DNA of 64,000 nt, taken from assembly GCF_963921235.1 (NCBI RefSeq), contig NC_086108.1:44084001-44148000 (forward strand), in the 5' to 3' direction. The notes under the pieces are model-generated. The model was not told the DNA's origin. It worked only from the letters and a program-made list of their open reading frames with translations, and ran no database searches. This document shows positions 24,570 through 38,172 of the stretch, one piece after another. The DNA is from Mobula hypostoma (lineage: Eukaryota). Both the position numbers and the translations under genes were made by a program. Each line of letters opens with the position of its first letter. Positions within the stretch are counted from its first letter, which is position 1.

Positions 24570-26540
24570 CCTCTGATACATCTGATAACTTGCAGGTTGA
24601 ATTGGTGGTGAGGAAGGCAAATGCAATGTTAGCATTCATTTCGAGAGGGCTAGAATATAAAAGCAAGGATGTAATGACGAGGCTTTAGAAGGCATTGGTG
24701 AGGCTTCACTTGGAGTATTGTGAGCAGTTTTGGAACCCTTATCTAAGAAAGGATGTGCTGACAATCGGAGAGGGTTCAGAGGAGGTTCACGAGAATGATT
24801 GCAGGAAATGAAAGGACACCTGTATGAGGAGTGCTTGATGACTCTGGGTCTGTACTCGCTGGAATTTAGAAGAGTGAAGGCAATCTTATTGATACCTGTT
24901 GAAAGACTTGATAGAGTGGATGTGGAGAGGATGTTTCCTATCCTGAGGAGTCTAGGACCAGAGGGCACAGTCTCAGAATTTGAGGGAGTCCATTAAGAAC
25001 ACAAATGAGGAGGAATTTCTTTAGCCAAATGGCGGTAAATCTGTGGAATTTGTTGCTACAAGCACCTGTGGAGACCAGGTCATTTGGGTGTATTTAAGGC
25101 AGAAGTTGATAGGTTCTGGATTAGTCAGGTCGTGAACTGCTGCGGAGAGAAGGCGGGAAATTAAGGTTGAAAGGGAAAGTGGATCTGGATGGACAGGGTC
25201 TGATTAGGAACAGTCAGCATGGATCTGTGTGTGGAAGGTCATGTTTGACAAATCTTATTGAATTTTTTGATGAGGTTACTAGGAAAATTGACGAGGGTAA
25301 AATGGTGGATGTTGTCTATATGGACTTCAGTAAGGCCTTTGACAAGGTTCCACACGGAAGGTTAGTTAGGAAGGTTCAATCGTTAGGCATTAATATCGAA
25401 GTAGTAAAATGGATTCAACAGTAGCTGGATGGGAGACGCCAGAGAGTAGTGGTGGATAACTATTTGTCAGATTGGGTGCCGGTGACTAGTGGTGTGCCTC
25501 AGGGATCTGTACTGGGTCCAATGTTGTTTGTCATATATATTAATGATCTGGATGATGGAGTGGTAAATTGGATTAGTAAGTATGCAGATGATACTAAGAT
25601 AGGTGGAGTTGTGGATAATGAAGTAAGGTTTCAAAGCTTGCAGAGAAATTTAGGCCAGTTAGAAGAGTGGGCTGAAAGATGGCAGATGGAGTTTAATGCT
25701 GATAAATGTGAGGTGCTACATTTTTGTAGGACTAATCAAAATAGGACATACATGGTAAATGGTAGGGCATTGAAGAATGCAGTAGAACAGAGAGATCTAG
25801 GAATAATGGTGCATAGTTCCCTGAAGGTGGAATCTCATGTGGATAGGGTGGTGAAGAAAGCTTTTGGTATGCTGGCCTTTATAAATCAGAGCATTGAGTA
25901 TAGGAGTTGGGATGTAATGTTGAAATTGTATAAGGCATTGGTAAGGCCAAATTTGGAGTATTGTGTACAGTTCTGTCACCGAATTATAGGAAAGATGTCA
26001 ATAAAATTGAGAGAGTACAGAGGAGATTTACTAAAATGTTGCTTGGGTTTCATCTCCTAAATTACAGAGAAATGTTGAACAAGTTAGGTCTTTATTCTTT
26101 GGAGCATTGAAGATTGAGGGGGGACTTGATAGAGTATTTAAAATTATGAGGGGATAGATAGAGTTGACATGGATAGGCTTTTTCCATTGAGAGTGGGGGA
26201 GATTCAAACAAGAGGACACGAGTTGAGAGTTAAAGGGCAAAAGTTTAGGGGTAACATGAGGGGGAACTTCTTTACTCAGAGAGTGTAGCTGTGTGGAATG
26301 AGCTTCCAGCAGAAGTGGTTGAGGCAGGTTCGATGATGTCGTTTAAAGTTAAATTGGATAGATATATGGACAGGAAGGGAATGGAGGGTTATGGACCGAG
26401 TGCAGGTCGGTGGGACGAGGTGAAAGTGAGAGTAAGAAGGGCCGAGATGGCCTGTTTCCGTGCTGTAATTGTTATATGGTTATATGGATCCGCAATGATG
26501 AAATGGTGGTCGAGACTCGATGGTCCAAATGGCCTAATTT
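24570..26540 (+). mobile_element. Nested CR1s: older CR1 3' part (24570-25185 plus 26485-26540) with a younger CR1 inserted at 25186-26484
   Basis: Inner RT fragments SQHG...SCLTNL, GVPQGSVLGP, YADD. The inner copy is flanked by tggatc (25180-25185, 26485-26490). Confidence 0.85.
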
Positions 26541-26599
26541 TGCCTTGTTGACTGCAGGAAAACAGAACAGGGAATTATTATTGGGAAAATCCAGGGTTC

Positions 26600-27670
26600 T
26601 TGCCTGGAGAACTGCACCGCCATCGTAGATCTCAGACTCCCTCTGGCGTTTGTCTGTCGGGTTGCGTGTTCGCCAACCTTCAACTGACAAGCGCGCCCGA
26701 GGGTGCTGCGGGGTTTTCTGCTCACACACCTACCCTTTCCCACGCCACACTGCCAAGGCAGGGAATCTCACTGCTCGCCGTGTCTCCGCTCACCTGTCCG
26801 GGAGCGGGATCGCATGCGATCGTATCTTCTCCGGCCATTCATGCTCCTGGTGTTCCAGATTCTGAACTCTCATCTCAGCCTGTGAAGAAAGTGTCGCCAG
26901 GCACCATACCTTTAATGATGGGGTTGTTTCCCCTTTAATTTCATTTTTTAAAAAAAACGTTTTCTTTGTGTTTCTTTTTGTACCTTTTTGGTGGGGCGTG
27001 TTTTTCACCGAGTGCCTGTGTGTGAGAGGGAGGGTTAGTGAGACTGGCTGCAGGATGTCCGAGAATCTTTGCATGTCTCCAGTAAACTTGGCTGCCGCTG
27101 GGATCAATGCCTCACCCTGGTGTGTAGGAGCTACCACCCCCTCCGTCAAAATAATTCACTGACCCCGTCGCAATCATTAAAAACTTCTTTTCTGCGCCCG
27201 TACTTTTTGAACAACCCCTACCAATCCCCTAATTCCGGAGGTTGTTATTCCGATCTCTGGCAGCTCCTGCGAGGATTTACTGTGTGATGAATGGGTGAAC
27301 TTGACACTTGACCTTTGGTTGAGGAAGCAGGAACCGGGCGGATCCGAGTTGCCAGTGCCGGGACGGAACATGCTGCCGTGTCCCCCGCCTCCTGGCCGAG
27401 TAAAGGTCGCCGCGCAGTGGCAGGCAGTTGTGTGAACGCTGCGATGTGGTCGGACGGAGAGATTCAACACAAGGGCGAGAAACGAAATCTCGCCGCCAGC
27501 TGGCACTGGAAGCTGATGGCCGGCCTCTTCCTCAGCCTGTTGGTCGTTGCTTACTTCGGACTGGTGGGGTACTTCGCTGGTTACAGAAGCTTCCTTTCGG
27601 GTAAGAGCTAGCCTGTTGTCCCAGGGAGTTCCGCGCCTAGCCCTGTCCCAAGAGCCGTCAGTATCCGGTG
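26600..27670. promoter_or_regulatory. FAM151A: CpG-rich promoter region of FAM151A
   Basis: Visibly CpG/GC-rich stretch overlapping coding exon 1, within AT-rich flanks. Confidence 0.6.
27444..27600 (+). CDS. FAM151A: FAM151A exon 1 (N-terminal cytosolic tail plus TM anchor)
   Basis: MWSDGEIQHK...WKLMAGLFLSLLVVAYFGLVGYFAGYRSFLS. Donor g|gtaaga. 157 nt, phase 1, matches exon 2. Confidence 0.8.
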
Positions 27671-28334
27671 CCTGGTGGCAAGAGTAGTTCTTTCAGTGTA
27701 CTACAGGTGAAAGTTCTCGATCCGAAACGTGGACTGTCTATTTGTTATTGTTATTGTTTTATTATTGTCACATGTACCGAGCTACAGTTAAAAAAAAATG
27801 TCTTGCGTCTCAAATCATTACATAGTGCATTGAGGTGAACAAGGTAAAACAATAACAATGCAGAACAAATTGTAAACGCCACAGTGTCGTGGGAGATAAA
27901 CATAAAGCTGAAGAGTTAACGAGGTAGACTGTGAGGTCAAGAGTTCGTCTGATTGCACTATGGAACCGTTCAGTTGTCTTATTACAGCGGGATAGAAGCC
28001 GCCCTTGAGACTGTAGGACGTGCTTTCAGGCCTTTGTGCCTTCTGCCCGATGGGAGAGGGGAGAAGAGAAGTTTGTCAGGGTGGGTGTATTGACTGCTTT
28101 ACTGAAGCAGCAAGAAGTGTAGACAAAATTGAGGCCCTTCACAGAAGCTGTCTGGCCCAGAGTTCCTCAGCAGTTTGTTTTTCTTGTTCCAGATTCCAAC
28201 ATTTGCTGCCCCTTGGGTTTCTCTTTCTTCCATTTACCTGATTTCCATAGTCACTGGGACCTCACCTGTTATTCATAGAGGCCATCAAGGTGCCAAATAC
28301 CCCTCTGGAAAAACTGCTTTTCATTACCTTTTCA

Positions 28335-28616
28335 CAAACTGGAGAAAATCTGCAGATGCTGGAAATCCAAGCAACACACACAAAATGCTGGAGGAACTCA
28401 GCAGGCAACATCTATGGAAAAGAGTACAGTCGCCGTTTTGGGCCAAGACCCTGTGGGAATGCGTACCTACCTCCCCTCCCCCACCTTTTAACTTTACCCC
28501 TCAACATTTTTCCTCCAGTCCTGCTGAAGGGTCTCGGCCTGAAACGTCAACTGTACCCTTTTTCCATAGATGCTGCCTGGCCTGCTGAGTTCCTCCAGCA
28601 TTTTGTGTGCGTTGCT
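28335..28616. mobile_element. Fold-back mini PLE in FAM151A intron 1, with a core-mutated hammerhead at 28516-28553
   Basis: Inverted copies of the PLE terminus. Motif reads CAGUC-CUGCUGA-AGG gucucgg CCU-GAAACGUC-AACUG. Confidence 0.8.
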
Positions 28617-31307
28617 TTCATTACCTTGTGTACACCAGCAGAAGAGTTTGTCACCGGCACACGCTGACTCTGTGCAGAGTTACACAGGCTAGCTCTGACA
28701 CACAAATATTCACACACGTACATACACAGTTAGAGAGGGTGTACATACACGGACACACATACAGTCTCATTTTCTCACAGAAAATCAGATTCAAACATTT
28801 CAGCACAGTAAGTGTGTAGAGTCTGAGATTCATATACACGGCGTCACATTAACCAACATGTGGTCATAGAGTCACATACAGGCACTCAAAGTATACTCTA
28901 TGTGTATAAAAAGCAGTCAAACTATGTGCTTGCTGAATTATTTTTATACACTAGCTGTGAATGGAACAAAGTGAGTTTGAGTAGTGTATAATTAAAGAGT
29001 ATGAGACAAAAATATATCGGTGCTGGAGGGATCAATTTGAAGGCACCAACATTCACTCCAGATATGTAGCTGAAACATCTGTTAATTACCAAGTAACTGA
29101 CATCAGTCTCCTCCACCCCGCTGAGGCTCGGATGTATTGGGATAATGTTCTACTTGCCATGGTGTGTTAGACTTGATGATAACGTGTTGGGAGATCTTGT
29201 CCATACTTGACTAGTAAACATTGTAGCAGAAATTGACTAGATGTTGATTGTCTTTGGGAAATTGATTGTCTATCTGTTTAGCCCCCTGTAGACACTAGGC
29301 TACTAGAAGTAAATACAGTGCAATCGTGCTGTGCTGTGAATGCCTTGTCTATACAGTTCAATATTACACTGTCTTCAAAAAGCCTTTTAACTTCCAACAG
29401 GCCAACAAGGAAAGAGGTTCTGCTGAAGACATTTGAGCAGCTAGGGATTAAATAAAATAGAACCAAAAAGGTAATAATTCCTGAATTGTAGCCTAAGCTA
29501 TGTACAAGTTGGCACAGGGTTAATACCAATAGAGAGTTAAATGCATGGTTCAAAGATTGGTGTGGGAGAAATAGGTTTGGATGATGGACTCCATCCTAAC
29601 TGGGATCAGATCCTGGTGAATTGCATAACTAGGGCTTTAAACTAAACAGTAAGGGGGTGGTATGGATAAAGTAAATGGGAAGGAGAGTGCGGGAGATGTT
29701 ACTAAAGTCTCCAGAATAAAGAATAACATGAAAGTTTAGGAAGAGAACAGAATTTGTCTTCAGGCAACATGGAGACAAAACTGAAAAGAAGGGTGGTGAA
29801 CACAGGGCTGAAGGTGTTAGATTTGAATACACACTGTATATGAAATAAGGTAAATTATCTTGTAGTGCATTTAGAAATTAGCAAGTATCACATCTTAGAT
29901 TTGTGGTTGAAAGAAGATCGCAGCTGGGAATTTAACATCCAAGGATATGCATTGTATTGAAAGGACAAGAGGTGAACAGAGGGGGTGGGGTGGCTTTGTT
30001 GATTAAAAAATTATAACATAATCATCACTTAAATTAGCTACAATGGCAGTGGCATCATTAGTAATTATTTTTAAGATAAATTGAATCTTATTTAGTATTT
30101 GCAGAATGTAGACCATAATAAATATAACCTAATATTAAACATCATTTTATCTTGACATTTATTAGCTATTTTGCACAGCGGATAATGCAAGCTTGCTCAA
30201 ATGTTCAAGAAAGGAGGGCAACGGTCAAGAGGGAAGTATAGGCTAGTTAGCCTGATGTCTGTTATTCAGGGAACGTTGGAATCTGTTATTAGTTAAATAG
30301 TAACAAGCCATTTAGAAAATTGCAGTACAATCAAGTTACGTCAACCTGTGTGATGAATTTTACTAGAGTACTTTGAGAATATAACATACAAAAACAGAAA
30401 CAGTAGATTGAATTTAGATTTCCAGAGAGCAGTCAATGAGGTGTCACCTATCAAGATATTGCATGGTTGTGATTACATATTAGCACAGATAGGTGATCAA
30501 CTAACTAACAGAAAACAGAGAATGAAGGTAATTGGTTCCAATTTCAGTTTGGTATGCTATAATGAGTGACGTGTCCGAAATGAGTGCAGGGGCTTCAGGT
30601 GTATACAGTCTACATTAATGACTGTAAGTTTAATTCACTGCTGGTGTAAAGATAGGGGTATAGATGCAGAGTCTGCCACAGATACAGTGGATCTAGACAC
30701 TTTAACAAAAAGGTGAAAGTTTGGCAGGTGGAGTACACTCGAAGAAATGTGAAGTTTTCCCCTTTGGTGGAAACATTCAAAAAACAGAATATGTGATCTG
30801 TAAGATAGATTCTTGGTTTATAGAGAAGGCAAGAAATATGATGAATAGGCAGAAAACTGGTGTATAGATCAGAATTTTATTGACCAGCAGAGCAGGTTTA
30901 AAGAGTTATATGACACAAACAAAACATTTTTCAGCTGACAGTTGTCTAGTCAAAGCCCCTTCAGTCTTTCAAATGTAGCCTACTGGTGCTTTATGCCATT
31001 GACATTCCATGTATTAGGAAAATATGCTATTTGGAAGACAAAATCTGATGTATACCACAAGACAGAATTTCAGCCACAATCAATAAGGATAATTTGATCA
31101 GCTATGACCAATCCAATGTTTTGCTCAGGTAAACAGGGAAATATCTGGAATGATTTGCCTATGGAAATCCTTGCAAGGAAAGATTTGTTACAGCTAATAG
31201 TTTTGATGATTTCTGAAAAAAATATTGAACTTAAAAACCATCTTGTTTGTGATGTTCAATGTCACCTGACTGAAAGAACACCATCTGTTTTATATCACCT
31301 AGTAATA

Positions 31308-31845
31308 CAGTCAGTGGCCACCTTATATACACCTGATCATTAATGCAAATATCTAATCAGCCGATCAGGTGGCAGCAAATCAATGCATAAAAGTATGCAG
31401 ACACGGTCAAGAGGTTGTGTTGTTGTTCAGACCAAACATTAGAATGGGGAAGAGATGTGATCAAAGTGACTTTGATTGTGGAATGATTGTTGATGCCAGA
31501 CAGGGTGGCTTGAGTATATTAGAAATAGCTGATCTTCTGAGATTTCATGCACAACAGTCTCTGGAGTTCACAGAGAATAGTGGGAGAAACAAAAAAAAGA
31601 ACGTCTGTGGGCAAAAATGTCTTGTTAGTCAGAGGAGAATGGCCAGACTGGTTTGAGAAGACAGGAAGGTGACAGTAACTCAAATAACCACGCGTTATAA
31701 CAGTAAGCAGAAGGACAGCTCTGAACGCACAGCACACCGAACTTTGAAGTGGATGGGCTACAGCAGCAGAAGATCACACAAGGTTTCACTCCTGTGGCCA
31801 TTTTATTAGTTACACTCCTGCACCTAATGAAGTGACCTCAGAGTG
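31308..31845 (+). mobile_element. Tc1/mariner non-autonomous deletion derivative
   Basis: Flanked by TA with degenerate TIRs (cagtcagtggccac... / ...gtgacctcagagtg). Encodes MGKRCDQSDFDCGMIVDARQGGLSILEIADLL, like the Tc1 transposase N-terminal HTH. Confidence 0.75.
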
Positions 31846-32499
31846 TATATTGCAACCAGCCATTTATTCTGAACGCTAACATTTCCCGGGGCATAACCGT
31901 TTAGCTCTGTATTGTAGAGTTTAGAAAATGATAAGTTATTTAAGGAAGCAGTAGCAACAGTCTAGATAAGCTGATAATCAAAGCTGCTGCACGGCAAGAG
32001 ATGGAATATCAAACGCCAATGAAACATTACCAGTCAAATTCAAGATGTTTGATAAGCAAAGATATTAAAGGATATGAAAACAAAGTTAGATTCTTGGAGT
32101 TAGGTCATGAACCAGCCATGATCTTACTGAAAAGAGAAAAGATTGAAGGGCCTATTCTGAATCCTAAATTTCCTATCTTCTTTTTGTTAAGTTTGTACGT
32201 TTGATATGTTATTATAAGCATTCTCTTTCACAACAGCTCTAAAAGTATTCGCATTATGCTATGTAATGATGATAGCTTGCTCATAATTGAGATATCAAAT
32301 GTAATATGATTTTAATATGTGAAGAAATGAATTCCACTAAGATGGTCAAAATGCAACAGCTATCTAGTGAAGAAGAAGCCATCGATGGTTTAATTTTCAC
32401 CCATGGATCAGCAGGATCTAGGTTCATCCACATGATACCTTGCTGTTTCTCCCTGCTCTGTTGTTTACACCATTGCACAAATTTAGTATACGGATGGTT

Positions 32500-32806
32500 T
32501 GGGTGCCACGGTAGCATCATGGGTAGTGTGACATTATTACAGCACAGGGAGTTCCGGAGCTTGGAGTTCAATTTTGGCACTGTTCTTTAAGGAGTCTCGG
32601 TGAATCCTCCCTGTTGACTGTGTGGGCTTTCCTTTGGTTCCCCCCCCACCCCCACAGTCCAAAGGCATACCAGGTGGGTTAATAGGTCATTGTAAATTGT
32701 CCCGTGGTTAAGTTAGGGTTAATGGAGGTTGTCGGGTTGCCTGGACGAGGGGCCTACTCTTCGCTGTTATCGCCAAAGTAAATAAATAAACAAACAAACA
32801 AACAAA
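32500..32806 (+). mobile_element. tRNA-derived V-SINE-like (HE1-type) element
   Basis: A/B-box-like head, cccacagtccaaag...ggtcattgtaaattgtccc body and (taaa)(caaa)n tail. Related copies occur at ~36030-36350 (+) and ~48835-49195. Confidence 0.7.
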
Positions 32807-33097
32807 TAGCTGTGCAATAGTGCAATAGTTGCATTCCTAGGAAATCTCACGTCATAGAATAGCAAAACAAGCCGTAGTAATAACAAAACAAGCTGTAGTT
32901 GCTTTTAAATCACAGATTTCAACAGCTTTACACAACCATAATCTCATGATAACCATTGCAGCCCATGTAATGCAAGTTCTGTTCCATAATCTATTAATTG
33001 CATAATAACATAACTTGCATTATGATCATGTTTTTAAAGCAGAACTATTCGTTCCTCACTTGATAATCTCCAAAAAAAATGACATCAGAACAATCTA

Positions 33098-33475
33098 CAG
33101 TGAATTCTGGTTAATTGGGTCATCAGTTAATCTGGGCATTTGCTTACCTGGGACAACTCTTAAAGAACAGAAACTAATCGAGAACATAGCCAGGATTCCC
33201 TTAGTTTATTTGGGACAGGAAACTGTTGCTGAATGCATGCACTTGTGTGGCGTTAAACACTACACCATACCAGCTATGATGGACAACCACCAGTAGTATT
33301 GGTAATGTTCCAATTTGTTCTGTATTTCATTTAAATGCATAACTTGTTACTCCGTTTGTCTTTACTGTATTATACTTTTTTAACAGTTTCCATGAAACCG
33401 GCTAATTGGGACAGCTGCTTGACTGGGCCAAAATGTACTGGTCCCGATGTGTCCAAATTAACTGGAATCCAACTG
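33098..33475. mobile_element. pogo/Tigger-like MITE
   Basis: ta|cagtgaattctggttaattggg ... ccaaattaactggaatccaactg, forming imperfect TIRs. Confidence 0.55.
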
Positions 33476-34589
33476 CATTTTTGATTAAGGAGTTAAGGCT
33501 ACTTAATGTCAGTATCCACTTTGAAATGAAATGTAGAAATCATCAACTTTGATATGCCTTTGCAAGCTTTCTGCTTTTTATGATATTTTGCTAAAGGAAC
33601 TTTTTTCATTTGTTGGGTTTTTCCACATGGTGCTGGCCTTGTACTTGATACAATACTATACCAGAATAAGGTGAAGATTTCAAAGTAAGTCTATCAAACT
33701 GTCGAAGCAAAAACGTGAGGCTAAGGCTCAGATGGGTGGCACATATGTCTCAGGTTCTGAAAGTCCAGGTCCAAGTCCATTCCGGAAATATCTAGCAGGA
33801 CACTTAAGTGTAGCACCATATCTCCTTAAAATGGAACTGAATTTCAGAGGCAGAGGACAGCAGATTATCACTACTGTTTAGCATTATTGACGGGGGACGA
33901 ACCTCTAGACACCTGTCTTGTCAAATGAGCTGTCATGGTTCCATTGGCTGCCTCAGGTGAATGTGGTACATCCACTGCACTCTTCTGCAGCAAGGGGAGT
34001 TACCACTGGTGTTATGGTCAATACTTCTCCATCAATTAATGTCACTCAAATTATTAGTTGCTTATTTGAGCTTAATAAAATTTGGCCACATTACCACAGA
34101 AAACACCCTTGAAAAGTACTTCCTTGGTTGTAGATTGCTTTAAGGATGACTGGAGGCTGTGTATGGTGCCTCACAAACGTAAGTCTTTCAAATTAATAGA
34201 AGCTAAAATTAGCATGTGGGAGTAGCAATGAGAGGGGATCCAGCTGAATTTTATGGTGCCAGCCCTTGAATCAGACAGCAATGATTAAACTCTGTGAATC
34301 ATGGCCTCTCCCTGCATCACCCTTGTCTTCCTCAGACAGCACGTCATGTATTTCCATAATTATCCTGTAATTATCATCATTACAGAGACCACATAACTCA
34401 GAGTGTCTTTTACTGATGGATTCTCTAAAGTACCAGAAATGTTAATCATACAGTTTATTGATTTACACATCTGACAGGGCACTGGCACCTGTTGAGACAA
34501 CCTCTCTTTGAATTTAGATCTCAGGAAATTATCTAAATTCATCAGATCATCAATCTAGTATGTCAGTAGTGGATATAAATGGAGGGAAA

Positions 34590-35252
34590 GGAGGGAGGAG
34601 AAGATGGCGGCGCGATGCAGCTCGCAGTGGCCACTCCGGTGGTGATGTCTGTTACCTGTCAAGTAGGGTGCCGTGCACAATCCTGATTTGATGGAGACAG
34701 ATGTGAGAGCACAGAGGAACATCTGGTGAAACTTCTGAAATACCTGCTTTGCTGCCGCTGCTACTGTGTGATCCGGAATCTCCGGAGGGAAAGGCCCCGA
34801 GTCCTCAGCTTTGCTTGTTGCTCGGTGGCCGGGGTGGGGTCGAAGCGCTTGGCAGAGGATGGTGCTCGGTGCTCGGTGTCGGAGGCTCGAAGTTTTCGGA
34901 CGGACTCAGAGTCCGCTGCGGTCGGGTGCTTCCAATGGTGCTGCATCGGCAAGTTTGCGGCGCTTGGAGGTTCATGACAGGGAGAGTTTCTCCCTTCTAC
35001 CGTCTGTGTGAGATGATGAGGCTATCGGGACTTGAGACTTTTTTTACTGTGCCCATGGTCTGCTCTTTATCAAATTACGGTATTGCTTTGCACTGGTGTA
35101 ACTATATGTTATAATTACGTGGTTTTGTCAGTTTTAGTCTTGGTTTGTCCTGTGTTTCTGTGATATCTTTCTGCAGGAACATTGTATCATTTTTTAATGC
35201 ATGCATTTCTAAATGACAATAAATGAGGACTGTGTGTCCTCATAATCTAAAT
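34590..35252 (+). mobile_element. CpG-rich non-coding retroposon (SINE-like or non-autonomous LINE derivative)
   Basis: Starts with AAGATGGCGG (YY1-like) and has a CpG-rich body. The 3' end carries tgacaataaa, an 8-bp hairpin and an aatct tail. Confidence 0.55.
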
Positions 35253-36694
35253 CAGGCTGCTTAACAATGAAAACCAAAGACTGACTGTTTACTTATTTCA
35301 AGATAAACTTCATTCATAATGAAAAATTTACTGCAGTGCAATGCTGTTTCATTTTGCATTCATGGTTAATGCAGTAAGTACTGTTCTATTACTTCCTTAA
35401 AACCAATAGCACTGTTGCCACTCATGTGGCCCCTGGGGTGGTGCTTCCTCATCCAACCCTGTTCTTCCCTGTTCAGTCACAGAAAAAACCCTGCACTGTG
35501 ATCCTTTCCACCGGGCCCCTGCTGCGGCTGCACCAAGCTTCAGTGCGTCCCCTTCAGCACGAACTCGTGCAGCCTGGATTGTGCCGGTCAGCAACATCCC
35601 TCCATGGACATCTTGTAAGCAAAGGCTGAAGAGGTGGGATTTCCAGTAAGAACCCTGCCTGGTTTCCTTTCCTGCCTTATAGCCTTTGAGTTAGGTTGCT
35701 TTGACTGGTTAACTCTTCTTGCAGCTGGCGCAGATTCATTCAACATGCTCCAACAGTTCTGAGTCTAACCTGCCTGTAGAATCACACACCGGAGATTTTC
35801 CTAGAGCTCTATAGCCCAGCACCACATGTACCTAGCAAAATGTCAAATACGATTTTACATCTAGTTTTGACATTTAATTCAATGACTACCTGTTTTCCCA
35901 GACTACTAAGCATAAAAATCAGTTTCCTTGGTAACTGTTTAGTTGGAGCATTGCTGATTTACTCCATCTCACAAAGAGCTTCCCGCAACTCAGACAGGGC
36001 AGCTGAGGGTATTTGAAGGAGCATTTTCATTTGGCACAGGCCAGCAGAGCCACTGCCCTTGCAGTGCCAGGAGCCCAGGTTCAATCCTGACCTCGTATTG
36101 TAGATTCCATAATCTCCCTGTGACCACGCGAGTTTCCTCCAGGTGCCCTGCTTTCCCCTCACATCCCAGAGGTGTGCTGGTTGGTAGGTGCCACTGTAAA
36201 CTGCCTTGAGTGTGTAGGTGAATCAGAGTGGAGTTGATGCAAATTTGTGGAAAATAACTGAATTCAGTGTAGGATTATTATAGATGGTGGTCAATGATTG
36301 GTGCAGACTCAGTGGACCAAAGGGCCCATTTCCATTACGTATGTATGTCTCAATCTATTTCTCTGGGACTCCATGACATGCAAATTGAATAATGTGGGCT
36401 ACGCCTAAACTTTAGACTCGTGTTTCCATTAACTTGTGTGCAACTTTTGTCTTTGAGCGATCCACTAGCGAGGGGAGCAACACTAAGACATACTTTGAAA
36501 CTTCCAGGCTCAAGAAAATCAGAGGAACGTTTCAGCAAAGTAAGCCACAAAGGAAGCTGTGGATTTTAAGAGCTGGGTTATCAGAGCTTGGCAGCTGAGT
36601 GCAGCTTTCAATGTGCTTCAGGAAAAATCACTGATTTAATGGGAGAAACAAAGGGAATAACAAGTTAACATGAAACCTTTCTTTTCCACTTCAG

Positions 36695-36850
36695 ACAAGT
36701 GCTATCGATCAGAGGACGGACCTTTCAGCCCAGGTGGAGACCTGCTTGACTATTTGCTTCACAGTGGCATTATTGACAGGAAGGATGGTCTGCTGGTTAC
36801 CTGGTCCCATGGTGCAAACAGCAAGCACCAGATGGAAGAAGCCCTGAAAG
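36695..36850 (+). CDS. FAM151A: FAM151A exon 2
   Basis: Acceptor ttttccacttcag|ac and donor aaag|gtatgt. Encodes GGDLLDYL...DGLLVTWSHGANSK, the menorin HxxNS motif. Confidence 0.93.
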
Positions 36851-37975
36851 GTATGTGTCCAAGGCTAGCAGCCTAGATCATTGAAAATACTGAATGGGAA
36901 TAGATTACCAAAACCTAAAGTACCAAGGTAAAGTATTTAAGCAGGCATTATAAATAGGAGATCTGCAGGAATAAACTACAGTGTTTTCCCCAATCTGATG
37001 AGCGAAGGGGCTGCTTTCATCAGTTACTTAGGAACTTTTGTTTCCGATACTAGTATGAAAGGACAAAAGCAGAAGGTTATAGGAACACAGTGACTTCAAT
37101 AAGTGATGCCTGAAGATGGCAGGATCCATCATTACGGATCTTCACCATCCAGGACTTGTCCTCTTCTCACCATCAGGGAGGAGTTAAGGAGCCTGAAGAC
37201 ACACACTTGATTTTTTAGGAGCACCTTCTTCCCCTCCACCATCAGATTTGTTAATGGACCATGAACCCATAAACACTACCTCACTCTTTCTCTTGTTTTT
37301 GCACTGCTAATTATTTTTTTATTTGTAACCTATAGTAATTATTTTATGTATTGCACTGTACTGCTGCAAAACAACAAATTTCACAACACATGTCAGTGAT
37401 AGTAAATTCTGTCAGGCAGCATCTGTGGTAGCAAAAGGTACAAGTCAACGTTTCTGGTTGAATCCTGATGCAGAGCCTTGACTTGACATGTCGATTAACA
37501 TCTTTTGCCTCCACAGATACTGTCTGACTTGCTATTTTTTTGTTCTTGATTTCAGCATCTGCTATCTCTTTGGTCACTGGTATGAAGTCTAATTGAAAAT
37601 TATTCCAGATCCACCCATTGATGTGTTATAAGGTCAAGCAGTACCACTGGATTAGTTTCAGTTAAATCAAGGCCAAGTTAAATCCTGCTGCGCTTCAGTT
37701 TGCGACACCGATGAAAGTTCATGTCCACACGTGGCCCTGAAATTGCCTGACTTCATGCTACACCAAGACATGCTGAAATGCATCTGACTGGCAAGCCCTA
37801 AGAACTAGAATGTGCCACCGTGCAGAACTGTAGTTTTGAGTGCCACGGTAGATCAGGATCCCAAACGGACCCCAGCCACCCTGAAAAGGAAAATAGAGAC
37901 AATAGAATAGGAAGAATTTAACTGTTTTGCCGATGAACTGGGAGAAGTCTTCCTCTGACGCCACTTCACCTGCAT

Positions 37976-38172
37976 GTTGTTGTTGCTCCTATCCATGGCT
38001 AGTGGAACCTTGCTGTTTCTTTAGCGTTTTTGTCTGTTTTTTACGAGGCCGAGTTGCTAGCTCGACGTTCCACCTAGCACAGGTAGAAAACGTGGAAGGA
38101 GCCGGTCGGACTCGAACCCGGGACCACTTGCCTCAAAGCCTGGTGCAGATGCCACTACACCACCAGCCGGCA
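37976..38172 (-). mobile_element. tRNA-derived SINE with (CAA)n tail
   Basis: Minus strand: ggtggtgtagtggc (A box) ... gggttcgagtcc (B box) ... caacaacaaca tail. Confidence 0.7.
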
